Position numbers and translations under genes: made by a program. From assembly GCA_018653485.1 (NCBI GenBank), contig JABHZE010000002.1, forward strand, positions 56,294 to 120,293: a stretch of 64,000 nt of DNA. The letters are read 5' to 3'. Source of the DNA: an archaeon (GTDB lineage Archaea; Nanobdellota; Nanobdellia; Pacearchaeales; GW2011-AR1). The notes beneath the pieces are model-generated. The model ran no database searches, had not been told where the DNA came from, and saw only the letters and a list, made by a program, of their open reading frames with translations. Below are positions 37,397-48,255 of this stretch, piece by piece; position 1 is the first letter of the stretch, and every line of letters begins with the position of its first letter.

Positions 37397-38905
37397 ATGA
37401 AAAAAATATTTTACTTAACAGATATGCACTGTAATTCTTGTGCAGAAAAAATTGAAAAGGCACTTAAGGAGAGGGTAGATAATGTTTCCGTAAGTTTTAT
37501 TAAAGAAACAGCAGAAATTGAATTTGATCCTGAAAAGATTTCTATTAATGAAATAAAAGAAATAATTCAAGAACAAGGATATGGTATGAAGGAAGATTCT
37601 GTTCATCAAGATACTAACAATTCAGAAAATCACCTCCCTCAATCAACTAAGAACAATTCAAATAACATAGCCTGGATTGTAACAATTCTAAGTTTTGTTA
37701 TTATATTATATTTAGTTTATCAATCGATAGGAGGTTTAAATTTTATTGAAAATATGGATGTTAGAATACCTGAACTTGGAGAACAAGCCTCATTATTGTT
37801 ATTATTTTTAGCAGGAATTTTAACAGGATTTCATTGCGTTTCAATGTGTGGGGCATTTGTACTTTCTTATACAACAAAAAACGCAATTAAAGGAAACAAA
37901 GGTTACAAACAACATTTAGTTTATGGAGGGGCAAAAGTTCTTTCTTATGCAATAATTGGAGGAATATTTGGTTTAATTGGAGGGATATTTGCTTTCAGTA
38001 TTCAATTAAGAGGAATGATTGCAATTTTTGCAGGATTATTTATGATATTTTACGCACTAAGTATGATGGGAATTAAGTTTTTCAGAAGGTTTCAATTCAA
38101 TCCAAAATTTTTAACAAAACTAACTCACAATGCCCATAAAAATACAAAAGGAGTTTACAAATTACCCTTTATCACAGGAATTTTATCAGGCTTATTTATC
38201 GCATGCGGGCCTTTACAAGCAATGTATTTGTATGCAATGGGAACTGGAAGTTTTTTTACAGGAGTATTAAGTCTTACTGCATTTGGTCTTGGAACATTAC
38301 CTGTAATGATTATATTTGGAACAATGGCAACAGCAATAAGTAAAAAAGCAACAAAAAGAATTTTAAAAGTTTCAGCAATTATTGTCTTAGTCCTTGGTTT
38401 AATTATGTTAAATAGGGGATTAGTAGTAATGGGAAGCCCATATAGTTTAGAATCAATAAAAGATACAATCACTGGAACTACAGAATCTGCTACAGGAAAT
38501 ATAATTATAAAAAATGGTTATCAAGAAATTAATATGGAGGTAGATAAGTATGGGTGGACTCCAGATTCTTTTGTTTTACAAAAAGATATACCTGTTAAAT
38601 GGAATATTAATGTTAAAGAATTAACAGGATGTAATAATGAGATTATTGTCAATGATTATAATTTAGATATAAAATTAGAAAAAGGATTAAACACAGTAGA
38701 ATTTACTCCAGATAAAACTGGGACAGTAAGATGGAGTTGTTGGATGGGAATGATTCCTGGAACATTTATAGTAACTGAAGAGGGAGATGCAACTCAAGCT
38801 CAATTATTATCTGCAAAACCAGAAGCTTCAGGAGGTTGTGGTGGAAGTTGCGGAAGCGATAGTTGTGGGGCAGTTAGTGGTGGCGGATGTGGGTGTGGAG
38901 GATAA
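37397..38905 (+). CDS. HMA + DsbD_2/TauE-like + cupredoxin heavy-metal protein with Cys/Gly tail
   Basis: MHCNSC, GFHCVSMCG, ACGPLQ, GCNN, SCWMGM, GGCGGSCG...GCGCGG. Confidence 0.88.
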   Translation: MKKIFYLTDMHCNSCAEKIEKALKERVDNVSVSFIKETAEIEFDPEKISINEIKEIIQEQGYGMKEDSVHQDTNNSENHLPQSTKNNSNNIAWIVTILSFVIILYLVYQSIGGLNFIENMDVRIPELGEQASLLLLFLAGILTGFHCVSMCGAFVLSYTTKNAIKGNKGYKQHLVYGGAKVLSYAIIGGIFGLIGGIFAFSIQLRGMIAIFAGLFMIFYALSMMGIKFFRRFQFNPKFLTKLTHNAHKNTKGVYKLPFITGILSGLFIACGPLQAMYLYAMGTGSFFTGVLSLTAFGLGTLPVMIIFGTMATAISKKATKRILKVSAIIVLVLGLIMLNRGLVVMGSPYSLESIKDTITGTTESATGNIIIKNGYQEINMEVDKYGWTPDSFVLQKDIPVKWNINVKELTGCNNEIIVNDYNLDIKLEKGLNTVEFTPDKTGTVRWSCWMGMIPGTFIVTEEGDATQAQLLSAKPEASGGCGGSCGSDSCGAVSGGGCGCGG

Positions 38906-38937
38906 ATCTATTTTTCATAACAAAGAAAACCGAAACA

Positions 38938-38962
38938 TATAAATATGAATTAAAATTCATAT
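38938..38962 (+). promoter_or_regulatory. TATA box overlapped by 9-bp inverted repeat (candidate operator of cupin-copA)
   Basis: TATAAATA overlapping ATATGAATT-AA-AATTCATAT. Confidence 0.5.
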
Positions 38963-39015
38963 GTTTAATAAATTAAGCTTTCTTTTAAAAAGAAACTTCA
39001 GAAAGAAAAAATAAA

Positions 39016-39315
39016 ATGAAAAAACAAATAAATGAATTGATTGAATATCCTGAACACGGGGTTTTGAGTAAGGTTATTAGCAAAAATGACAAATTAAATA
39101 TAACCTTATTTTGCATGGCGGCAGGAACAGATATTTCTGAACATACTTCTACTAAACAAGGGTTTGTTTATGTTGTAGAAGGAAAAGGAACTTTTAATCT
39201 CCAAGGAGAAGATATCGAGATGATTCCAGGAGTTTTTATTTATATGAATGAAAATGCAGTCCATTCATTAAAAGCAGAAGAAAATACAACCTTTATATTA
39301 AATTTGGCAAATTAA
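39016..39315 (+). CDS. Cupin domain protein
   Basis: EHTS, VVEGKG, PG, VHSL. Confidence 0.85.
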   Translation: MKKQINELIEYPEHGVLSKVISKNDKLNITLFCMAAGTDISEHTSTKQGFVYVVEGKGTFNLQGEDIEMIPGVFIYMNENAVHSLKAEENTTFILNLAN

Positions 39316-39339
39316 AAATTTAAATCATAGGAGGATAAA

Positions 39340-41526
39340 ATGAAAAAAGCTAAAATAGAAATTCAAGGAATGACTTGTGTTAATTGTGCAAAACATGTTG
39401 AAAAAGATCTTGCTAATGTGCAAGGTGTAAAAAACATAAATGTTAATTCTGTAATGAATAATGCAACTCTTGAAGCAGAAGATAATGTTACAGAAGAACA
39501 ATTAAAGGGCGCAGTTAAAACAGCAGGTTATGAACCTGTTTCAGTAGAGTTTGAAGCAGGGGGCTCTGCCCCTTCTACAACTTCTAAAAAACCCCAAATT
39601 AAAAAGAAACATACTATCTCTGATTCTCAAAAATGGTTTACTAAATTAGTTGGAACATGGATCTTTACAATTATAATTATGTTTTTAATGTATTTTCCAA
39701 AAATAACAAACATAGAATTAATGCCTATGAAATTTATGACCCCTATGATGTTAATACTCTCATTCCCCATAGTTTTTTATTTTGGATTTAGTACAATCAA
39801 AAAAGGATTTAGAGGTTTTTTAAAATTTTATTTTAGTATGGATTCCCTTATTGCATTAGGAACTGTTATTGCATTTTTAACAGGATTTCTAAGTTTTTTT
39901 ATAGAAGTTACAGATTATTCAGGAGTTAGTGGGATGATTATGACTATTTTCATAACAGGAAAATATATTGAAGATAAGGCAAAAGGAAGAGCAACAAGAG
40001 AAATAAAAAAATTACTTGAATTGGGAGCCAAGAAAGCAAGAGTTTTAAGGGATAATAAGGAAATTGAAATTGAAATTTCAGAAGTTAAATTGGGCGATAT
40101 TATAATAATTAAACCCGGTGAAAAAATTCCTACAGATGGGGAAGTTATTGAAGGAGAAAGTTCTGTGGATGAAAGCATGGTCACAGGAGAAAGTTTACCG
40201 ATTGAAAAAACAATAAAAAGCAAAGTTATTGGGGCTACAATTAATCAAGATGGAATTTTACACATTAAGGCAACGAAGATAGGGAAAGATACTTTTTTAG
40301 CAAATATAATTAAATTAGTTGAAGAAGCTCAAGGAACAAAAGTGCCAATACAAAAAATAGCAGATAAAGTCACAAATGTTTTTGTTCCTATTATCCTCAC
40401 ATTAGCACTAATAACTACATTAACCTGGTTTTTTATTTCTAATGATTTAGGAAGAAGTATAGGTGTAGGTATTTCAGTTTTAGTTATTGCATGTCCTTGC
40501 TCATTAGGTTTAGCAGTTCCAATCTCATTAACAGTAGGGGCGGGAATGGGCGCCAAGAGGGGAATTTTGATTAGAAAAGGAGAAGCCATTCAAACCATGA
40601 AAGAAATAAAAACAATTGTTTTTGACAAAACAGGAACAATAACAAAAGGTAAACCTGAAGTTACAGATATTTATCCAAAATCAAACCAGAAATTAATTTT
40701 AGAAATCGCAGGAAGTTTAGAAAAATTAAGTGAACATCCAATTGCAAGAGCAATAACAAAAAAAGCAAATTTAACAAAATATAAAAAAGTAGAAAAATTC
40801 AAAATAATTCGTGGAAAAGGGATTGAAGGTATGATTGGAAAAAAGAAATACCTCATAGGCCATGAAGGATTGCTAAAAGACAAAGGAATTTCAATTAGTA
40901 AATTAAAGGAGAAAATCACTGAATTTCAAGATAAAGGGCAAACAACAATGATTGTAGCTGAAGGAAAAAAAATATTAGGAATCATCGGAGTTTCAGATGC
41001 AATAAAAAAAGATTCTGTTTTAGCTATAAGTAAATTAAATCATCAAGGTTATAAAACAATAATGTTAACAGGAGATAATGAAAAAACAGCTCAAGCAATT
41101 GCAAAACAAGTAGGAATCAAAGAAGTAATCTCAAGAGTACTTCCAGGAGATAAATCTAAAAAAATTAAACAACTTCAAAGAATAGGGATGGTAGCATTTG
41201 TTGGAGATGGGATAAATGATGCCCCGGCATTAAAACAAGCCAACGTAGGTATTGCAATTGGAACAGGAACAGATATAGCAATTGAGGCAGGGGATATTGT
41301 GTTAGCAAAAGGTTCTTTAACCGGCGTTGTTCAAGCAATCAACCTCTCCAAAAAAACCTTTGGAAAGATAAAACAAAATCTATTCTGGGCATTTTTTTAT
41401 AATGTTATTGCTATTCCCCTAGCAATAGCAGGAATATTAAATCCTGTAATAGCAGAAATAGCAATGGCATCTTCTTCAATAACTGTTATTACAAATGCTA
41501 ATTTAATGAGAAGTTCAAAAATATAA
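39340..41526 (+). CDS. copA: Cu(I)-translocating P1B-1 ATPase
   Basis: MTCVNC, TGES, CPC, DKTGT, SEHP, GDGIND, YN, MASSS. Confidence 0.95.
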   Translation: MKKAKIEIQGMTCVNCAKHVEKDLANVQGVKNINVNSVMNNATLEAEDNVTEEQLKGAVKTAGYEPVSVEFEAGGSAPSTTSKKPQIKKKHTISDSQKWFTKLVGTWIFTIIIMFLMYFPKITNIELMPMKFMTPMMLILSFPIVFYFGFSTIKKGFRGFLKFYFSMDSLIALGTVIAFLTGFLSFFIEVTDYSGVSGMIMTIFITGKYIEDKAKGRATREIKKLLELGAKKARVLRDNKEIEIEISEVKLGDIIIIKPGEKIPTDGEVIEGESSVDESMVTGESLPIEKTIKSKVIGATINQDGILHIKATKIGKDTFLANIIKLVEEAQGTKVPIQKIADKVTNVFVPIILTLALITTLTWFFISNDLGRSIGVGISVLVIACPCSLGLAVPISLTVGAGMGAKRGILIRKGEAIQTMKEIKTIVFDKTGTITKGKPEVTDIYPKSNQKLILEIAGSLEKLSEHPIARAITKKANLTKYKKVEKFKIIRGKGIEGMIGKKKYLIGHEGLLKDKGISISKLKEKITEFQDKGQTTMIVAEGKKILGIIGVSDAIKKDSVLAISKLNHQGYKTIMLTGDNEKTAQAIAKQVGIKEVISRVLPGDKSKKIKQLQRIGMVAFVGDGINDAPALKQANVGIAIGTGTDIAIEAGDIVLAKGSLTGVVQAINLSKKTFGKIKQNLFWAFFYNVIAIPLAIAGILNPVIAEIAMASSSITVITNANLMRSSKI

Positions 41527-41608
41527 CTAGGGAATATCTCTATAATCGGATATTTGCAATATAGCAAACCTCAACAATTCTTAAAAACACTATTTATCTC
41601 CCGTTATC

Positions 41609-42523
41609 ATGATTTCAATAGTAATAACTGCTTTCAATGAACCCAAAACAATTGGGAAATGCATAGAATCAATAATCAATCAAAACATAACTGAAGATTA
41701 TGAATTATATATTTCTGCACCAGATAAAGAAACTCAAGATATAACAAAAAAATATATCCAACAAAACACAAACAAAAACATTCAACTCTTCCAAGATCCT
41801 GGAAAAGGTAAAAGTTACGCCCTAAACCTCCTCCTCCCAAAATTAAAAGGAGAAATAATAATACTCACAGACGGAGACGTCTACCTCTCAAATGATTCAA
41901 TAAATAATATTCTTTATGAATTCAAATCAAACAAAAATATTGGCTGTGTCACAGGAAGACCCACTCCTCAAGAAGACAAAACAACTAAGTTTGGTTTTTG
42001 GGCTAATTTCTTGTTTGATTCAGCTCACAGATTAAGAAAAAAATTAAAACAGCAAAACCAATTCCTAGAATGTTCCGGTTATTTATGGGCATTCAAAAAC
42101 AACATAATCAAAAGCTTTCCATTAGATGTTGCAGAAGATACTGTAGTTCCTTTCTTTTTTCATAAAAAAGGATACCAGATAGGATATGCAGAAAATGCCC
42201 GAGTTTTTGTTAAAAACACAGATAATATCAAAGATTGGCTTGAACAAAAAACAAGAACAGTTAAAGCTCATGAAAAAATAAAAAGATACACCAAACCCAA
42301 AACAAATTCAGAGAACATAAAAAGAGCACCTCAAACAAAAACATTTCTAAATGAAATAAAAGGGATCACCAAAGTATTAACTTATCCCAACTCTCCAAAA
42401 GAATTATTTTGGATTTCACAATTAGTAGGATTAAGATTATACATCTGGATCAAAGCCTATACATCATTCCTTTCAGGAACAGAATATCAAGATGCTTGGA
42501 AAAGGGTAGAGAGTACGAAATAA
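41609..42523 (+). CDS. GT2 glycosyltransferase
   Basis: ISIVITAFNE, GKSYALN, TDGD, AED. Confidence 0.9.
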   Translation: MISIVITAFNEPKTIGKCIESIINQNITEDYELYISAPDKETQDITKKYIQQNTNKNIQLFQDPGKGKSYALNLLLPKLKGEIIILTDGDVYLSNDSINNILYEFKSNKNIGCVTGRPTPQEDKTTKFGFWANFLFDSAHRLRKKLKQQNQFLECSGYLWAFKNNIIKSFPLDVAEDTVVPFFFHKKGYQIGYAENARVFVKNTDNIKDWLEQKTRTVKAHEKIKRYTKPKTNSENIKRAPQTKTFLNEIKGITKVLTYPNSPKELFWISQLVGLRLYIWIKAYTSFLSGTEYQDAWKRVESTK

Positions 42524-42571
42524 CAATTCTTCCTCAATAATCCTTAAAAACCCTCAACCTCCTTAGTTAAC

Positions 42572-43678
42572 ATGCCAGAGATATCACAATTTGTTGTAGA
42601 ACAAGCTTATGCAGTATTTAACCAAAAAACAGGAGCAGTTCATGCAACATTTTATTATCCTAGAAATCCTAGAGAAACAAATGATAGATTAGGTGCAGCT
42701 CCAAAATGGGGAGTAGAAGTTCTTGAATCATTAATTCATGAAGGAGCAGCTCGAATTGCTACACCAGAACATCCTATTTCGCCTCCAACCGCAGGTTCAA
42801 TTCCAGTAACCAAAGACGGAAGGATTATTTGTACAAGAAGAGACAATGGTGCGCCGGTTCATAAAATGTTTCAAGCAGGTTATTCTGGATTTGCTAAAAC
42901 TCCTGACGAACTTTATACAGAAAAAGAAATGCTTACCTTAGGAAGAAGAGAATCAGCAGAAGAATTAGTTTTAATAACAAGAGATAGGAATCCTTATCTT
43001 ATTACAACAGAATCTACAAGAGAAGAAACTAGAATGTCTGCAAAAAGATTAGGATTAGACCATCTTCCAGAAAGACAAGTTAAAGAAGAATTAATTGATG
43101 GAAAAGATACATTAAAAGTATATTATGAGGATGGAGAACACTTATTCACCCTTCCATGTTTTTTCACAATGTTATGGAATATTGATTCAAGTTCAATTGC
43201 AATGCAAATGAGAAAACTCGATATTGATTCAGATGAAATCTTACCAATAGATGCTGAAGGAATGTTTACAGAGTCAGGAGATGCATATAAGGTTCACTTT
43301 AATAGGGAGTCTTTTATTATTGATCCAGATTATTTGATTTCACGTTTTTTCACTCAAGGAAATTTAGATGATATAGGATATGCCCATCCGATGGAAAATC
43401 CACAAGTATTTCAATCTCACATGGATGGAAAAAAGCGGATTGTACATACGCCTCATAATTCTCATTTAGAATATCTTGGTCCTGGCGCAACACCAGTTAA
43501 TCAACCCTTTTTATGGGCTCCACAAGATACCTTAAGAACTTGTCTTGATGGATTAGAAGTTCAAGAATATCATAAAAGAAAACTTCACTGGGAATTAGAA
43601 ATAGATAAGGCCTTTGCAGAAAATCCTAAACAAGGAGAGGCATGTGTTATTCCTCCTCAATTCTTAGCCAAAGATTAA
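42572..43678 (+). CDS. Hypothetical protein with divergent Nudix-like segment
   Basis: DGRIICTRR...G...RRESAEEL. Confidence 0.55.
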   Translation: MPEISQFVVEQAYAVFNQKTGAVHATFYYPRNPRETNDRLGAAPKWGVEVLESLIHEGAARIATPEHPISPPTAGSIPVTKDGRIICTRRDNGAPVHKMFQAGYSGFAKTPDELYTEKEMLTLGRRESAEELVLITRDRNPYLITTESTREETRMSAKRLGLDHLPERQVKEELIDGKDTLKVYYEDGEHLFTLPCFFTMLWNIDSSSIAMQMRKLDIDSDEILPIDAEGMFTESGDAYKVHFNRESFIIDPDYLISRFFTQGNLDDIGYAHPMENPQVFQSHMDGKKRIVHTPHNSHLEYLGPGATPVNQPFLWAPQDTLRTCLDGLEVQEYHKRKLHWELEIDKAFAENPKQGEACVIPPQFLAKD

Positions 43679-43748
43679 TTCTTAAAAAATATCAAATAAA
43701 ATAACCTTAGAAAATTTTCAGGAAAAAATAAAATCTCCACGATTATCT

Positions 43749-44696
43749 TCACAAAACACTTCTCCAATAGTCTAACATATCTTTCAAAGTCTTCTCCAAC
43801 TTAATCTCTTGTCTCCAATTAGTTTTGCATTTAAACTTATAATTATCTCCAAAAATAATTGGTTCGTCTGTAGGACGAATCAATTTAGGATCCTCATATA
43901 ACTCAAAATCAAAATCAACTAATTCTCTTAATTTTAAAATAATATCTCCAATTTCATAAACTTTTTCACCACTAACATTATATGTTTTTCCAATCTCCCC
44001 ACAATCTAATGCTAAATCAAATGCTCTGATTAAATCTCTAACATCCGTTATTGCTCTCCTTGTTTTTAAATTTCCAACCCTCAATCTTTTATCATTATTA
44101 ATCCCTTTTTCAATTTCAATTAATCTTTTTGTAAAATCAGCACAAACATCATTTACTTTTCTCGGCCCGGTTGTATTAAAAATTCTAATGGTTATAGGCT
44201 TTAAATTAAAATTTTTATAATATTGATATGCAAGCATTTCTTGAGCAACTTTTGAAACTCCATACGGATGTAATGGGTTTAAGGCATGCGATTCTTTAAC
44301 AGGAACTTCATCAGGATTTACAAAACCATATTCTGCACTACTTCCGGCATTTAAGATTTTACATTCAGGATTAAATTTTTTAACTGCTTCAAAGATATTA
44401 GTGGTCCCAATAATATTTGATTCAGCAGTATAATTGGGTTCATCCCAAGAAACAGTAGGATAACTTTGAGCAGCTAAATGAAACACCTTATCAGGCATAA
44501 ATTCTTGCATTAATCGAAAAACTTTTTCTTTATCTCTAACATCGCACTCTTCAACTCTTGCCCTTGAATCTATTCCATTAATATCTGTAGTAGGGCGATA
44601 ATATGTAGATAAAACTTCATAACCTTTGTCTAATAAATATTTTGCTAAATGGGGCCCCATAAATCCGCCTCCACCAGTTATCCATGCCTTTACCAT
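43749..44696 (-). CDS. GDP-sugar dehydratase/reductase (extended SDR, Gmd/Rmd/WcbK-like)
   Basis: GGGGFMG, HLAAQS, SSAEYG, YGVSK, RPTD. Confidence 0.88.
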   Translation of the reverse strand: MVKAWITGGGGFMGPHLAKYLLDKGYEVLSTYYRPTTDINGIDSRARVEECDVRDKEKVFRLMQEFMPDKVFHLAAQSYPTVSWDEPNYTAESNIIGTTNIFEAVKKFNPECKILNAGSSAEYGFVNPDEVPVKESHALNPLHPYGVSKVAQEMLAYQYYKNFNLKPITIRIFNTTGPRKVNDVCADFTKRLIEIEKGINNDKRLRVGNLKTRRAITDVRDLIRAFDLALDCGEIGKTYNVSGEKVYEIGDIILKLRELVDFDFELYEDPKLIRPTDEPIIFGDNYKFKCKTNWRQEIKLEKTLKDMLDYWRSVL

Positions 44697-44702
44697 TTTC
44701 AA

Positions 44703-46499
44703 CTACTCTTCAACCTCCCAAATTTTTAATCCATCAAAATCAAAACTAAAATCAATTGCCCTAACCCCTCTTTCAACAAGTATTTCTCTAACTTTATGTT
44801 CTTTATCAGGATGGCAATAGAAAAGTAAATGCCCTCCACCACCTGCCCCCATTAATCTCCCGCCAATAGCACCATTTAACAAGGCTTCTTCAATTAATGC
44901 ATCAATATAAGTATTTGTTATCAAAGGATTAAATTTCTTCTTTTTTTCCCAACCTTCAAAAACTAACTCTGCAAATTTTTTAAGATTTCCTCTCCTTAAA
45001 TTAAATTCCATCTCATGAGCAGTATTTTTTATTTCATGAAGTTTTTTAATCTTTATTTCATCTTCAAAAAATTTATTTTCAACTTCTTGTTTGTGTATTT
45101 GTCCAGAAGATTTAATTCTTCTTCCAGATGAAACAATCAAAAGATTTTTTTCAAATTCAAATAAATCATCTTTGTTTATACTTATTGAATTTACTCTCAC
45201 GTTTTCTCCACTATTGAATTCATAAAGATTTATTCCTCCAAATGCAGCAGCATATTGATCTTGCCTTCCACCAATATTATCTAATCTGTCTCTTTCAATT
45301 CTAAATGCATTTTCAGCTATTTCATGTCTTGTTAGCCTATCCTTTTTTCTTAAATGATTAAAGACACCAATAACAGCTACAGATAGAGAAGCACTTGCAC
45401 CCAATCCTGAATGGGGGGGAACTTCACTTCTAACATATAAATCAAAACCATAACTAGGTTCCATTTCTTGAATTACTGCTTTAATTAAACTAAGACTATC
45501 TCCATCATTAACCTTAATTTCATCAAGGTTTTCAAAACTATCTGTGTAAGTTTCAAACCCTCCATGAATATTGATAATATCTGATTTTACTCTTATTTTT
45601 TTATCATCTCTTAATTTTAATGAGGAATAAACATACCGATTAATCGTGGCATTTATACAAACACCTCCGTGATTTTTATCATATGGAGAAATATCTGTTC
45701 CACCGCCCCCAAAAGTAATTCTCACCGGAGCCCTACTTCTGATTATTTTTTGATATCCAGTGATACTAGGCATTATCAAACCCTGCTTTACATCTTTTTT
45801 AAATTCTCTCCAATCACCTTCATCAGCAATATCTAGCATATATCCTTTATGTAAAAATCCTTTCATATTTTTAATAATTTTTGGAAAAATTTCATTTTCT
45901 AATGAAATTTTTTGTGCCGGAGGAATAAGACCTAAAACTTCCTTACTCATTACATAAAAGCCACCATTAACTAAAACTTTATTAGAAGTTAGTAAGTGAT
46001 TTTCATGTTCTTTCGTATCTCTTTTATGGATATCTTTAATTAAAGTTTTATCTAATTCAATAAGCTCCTGAGTTTTGGGGTGATTAGCATCACAAACTAC
46101 CATAGTAAAAGGAGACTCATGACTTTCATGAAATTTTAAAAGATCTTTAATTTCTGCATCTAAAAATGTATCTCCATTCATAGCAATAAAATCTCCTTTA
46201 ATCAAATTCTCTGCATTCTTTATTGCACCTGCAGTACCTAATAAATTTTCTTCTTCATGAGAGTAAGTAATGTTAACTCCAAATCTTTTACCATCTCCAA
46301 AATACTCTTCAACCATATGCCCTAAATGGCCCACACAAAGGATAATCTCCTTAATCCCATGTTTCTTTAAACTCTCAATTTTAAACTCTAAGAAGGGTTT
46401 TCCATTAATTTCTACCATGGGTTTTGGAACCTGTTCAGTTAAGGGCCTTAATCTTGTCCCTAATCCTCCGACAAGTATAACTGCTTGATAATTTACCAT
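44703..46499 (-). CDS. Fused heptose-1-P guanylyltransferase (HddC-like) and heptose-7-P kinase (HddA-like, GHMP)
   Basis: GGLGTRLRP..PKP, LGTAGA, NGD; then RAPVRITFGGGGTD, SGLGAS, GRQDQY, GAGGGG. Confidence 0.88.
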   Translation of the reverse strand: MVNYQAVILVGGLGTRLRPLTEQVPKPMVEINGKPFLEFKIESLKKHGIKEIILCVGHLGHMVEEYFGDGKRFGVNITYSHEEENLLGTAGAIKNAENLIKGDFIAMNGDTFLDAEIKDLLKFHESHESPFTMVVCDANHPKTQELIELDKTLIKDIHKRDTKEHENHLLTSNKVLVNGGFYVMSKEVLGLIPPAQKISLENEIFPKIIKNMKGFLHKGYMLDIADEGDWREFKKDVKQGLIMPSITGYQKIIRSRAPVRITFGGGGTDISPYDKNHGGVCINATINRYVYSSLKLRDDKKIRVKSDIINIHGGFETYTDSFENLDEIKVNDGDSLSLIKAVIQEMEPSYGFDLYVRSEVPPHSGLGASASLSVAVIGVFNHLRKKDRLTRHEIAENAFRIERDRLDNIGGRQDQYAAAFGGINLYEFNSGENVRVNSISINKDDLFEFEKNLLIVSSGRRIKSSGQIHKQEVENKFFEDEIKIKKLHEIKNTAHEMEFNLRRGNLKKFAELVFEGWEKKKKFNPLITNTYIDALIEEALLNGAIGGRLMGAGGGGHLLFYCHPDKEHKVREILVERGVRAIDFSFDFDGLKIWEVEE

Positions 46500-46560
46500 T
46501 TTTTTATAATCTTTAACCCGTTTTTTACATTATAAACATTATGAGGTTCTAATAAATAGT

Positions 46561-47118
46561 TTAAAACAACTCATAAATAGGTTTAGAATTCCCACTCAGA
46601 ATATAATCTGCTGCCTCAGTTAAATCTTTTAATTTAAAACAATCTAAATCTTGGACATATTCAGATTCTAAAAGTATTTTTCCACAATCACTTGCTTTAC
46701 CCATTTGCAAATCACTTATTTTATCACCAATCAACCAAGAGTTTAACTCATCTAAATCTAATTCTTTAATAGCTTGATTAAGCATGCCAGGTTTTGGTTT
46801 TCTACAATCACAATTTTCACTAGATGCATGTAAACAAGAATAGACTTTTTCAATTTTTATTCCTTTTTCAGAAAATCTTTCCAACATCCATTCATTAACT
46901 TTTTGATAATCTTCTGAACTAAAATACCCTTTATCAATCCTACCTCCCTGATTGGTCACTATGGTTAATAGATATCCTGCATCTTGTAATCGCGTCAAAC
47001 TCTCAAAAACACCCGGAATAAATTCAAAATCAGATATTTTACCCACTCCATGATTATCATAATTGATTACTCCATCACGGTCTAAGATAATTCCTTTTTT
47101 ACCCATCTTTAAATCCAC
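46561..47118 (-). CDS. gmhB: D-glycero-D-manno-heptose-1,7-bisphosphate phosphatase (HAD IIIA)
   Basis: DRDGVIN, VTNQ, CLH..CDCRKPKPGM, IGD...D. Confidence 0.9.
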   Translation of the reverse strand: MDLKMGKKGIILDRDGVINYDNHGVGKISDFEFIPGVFESLTRLQDAGYLLTIVTNQGGRIDKGYFSSEDYQKVNEWMLERFSEKGIKIEKVYSCLHASSENCDCRKPKPGMLNQAIKELDLDELNSWLIGDKISDLQMGKASDCGKILLESEYVQDLDCFKLKDLTEAADYILSGNSKPIYELF

Positions 47119-47190
47119 TAATTTTTACCTCTTTTTAACTATTTCTCTTCTCCACCAAACCTTTTTTAACCTTTAATTCCATATAATAGG

Positions 47191-48201
47191 ATGGTATCCA
47201 AAGAAGAGCAAGCTAAAAAAACTAGAAAATATATTGCTGCAGGAATAATTGTAATTCTTAGTTTATTTTTAGCATACGCGCTTTATCCATTTATACCAGC
47301 ATTTTTTGGAGCACTAATTTTCTTTGTATTATTAAGACCCATATTCAAATTTCTTAATAGAAAATTAAAATTAAGTAAAACTTCCAGCGCATTAATTGTT
47401 ATAAGCATAGCCCTGATTATATTAATTATAGGAGTTGTTTTTATTATAAATTCAGCAGTTAATGAAACTAAAACCCTTATAGAAAATAGAGAGGTTTTTA
47501 TAAAAAGTATAGAAAAAATAGATGCTCGTTTTCCTCAATTAGACTTTAAAAAATCAATTGTAGAATCATTACCTCAAGTAGTAGAATATACTACAAATTT
47601 ATTACTTGGATTTTTTAAAGGCACAGGCCCCTTTCTCATCAATTTAATTATACTCTGCTTTGCACTTTATTACTTATTTATTGAAGAAGAAATAATAATT
47701 AAAAGATTTTTTCAATTAACTCCATTTAGTCCAAAAAATTCAAAAGAATTAGTAGAAGAGTTTAGAAATGTAACCTACTCTACAATCATTACTACAGGAA
47801 TTATTGCAATACTTCAAGGATTCTTATTAGGTTTAGCATTCTTTATTTTTGGAATTCCTGGGGCTGTTCTTTGGGGATTAATAACCGCAATTATATCATT
47901 TCTTCCAATTATAGGTCCCCCAATAATCTGGGTTCCAGTTGTTGCTTGGCAATTTATAGAAAAAGATTATACTACTGGAATAGGAATACTTATCTTTGGA
48001 GTAATATTATCAACAGCAGATAATTTCCTAAGACCATATATTCAAAGAAGAGTTGGAAGAATGCATCCAATGACCTCCTTAATAGGATTCTTTATGGGAA
48101 TTTCATTCTTTGGATTAATTGGGATAGTTATCGGACCATTATTACTTTCATATTTTGTCTTAATATTAAGAATGTTTAAAGAAGAATATTTAGAGATATA
48201 A
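47191..48201 (+). CDS. AI-2E family transporter (second paralog)
   Basis: LPIIGP, DNFLRP, HP, GIVIGPL. Confidence 0.9.
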   Translation: MVSKEEQAKKTRKYIAAGIIVILSLFLAYALYPFIPAFFGALIFFVLLRPIFKFLNRKLKLSKTSSALIVISIALIILIIGVVFIINSAVNETKTLIENREVFIKSIEKIDARFPQLDFKKSIVESLPQVVEYTTNLLLGFFKGTGPFLINLIILCFALYYLFIEEEIIIKRFFQLTPFSPKNSKELVEEFRNVTYSTIITTGIIAILQGFLLGLAFFIFGIPGAVLWGLITAIISFLPIIGPPIIWVPVVAWQFIEKDYTTGIGILIFGVILSTADNFLRPYIQRRVGRMHPMTSLIGFFMGISFFGLIGIVIGPLLLSYFVLILRMFKEEYLEI

Positions 48202-48255
48202 TTAATAATAAAAATAGTTTTAATAATCCCTTCAATTTCTAATTAAAAATTAATC

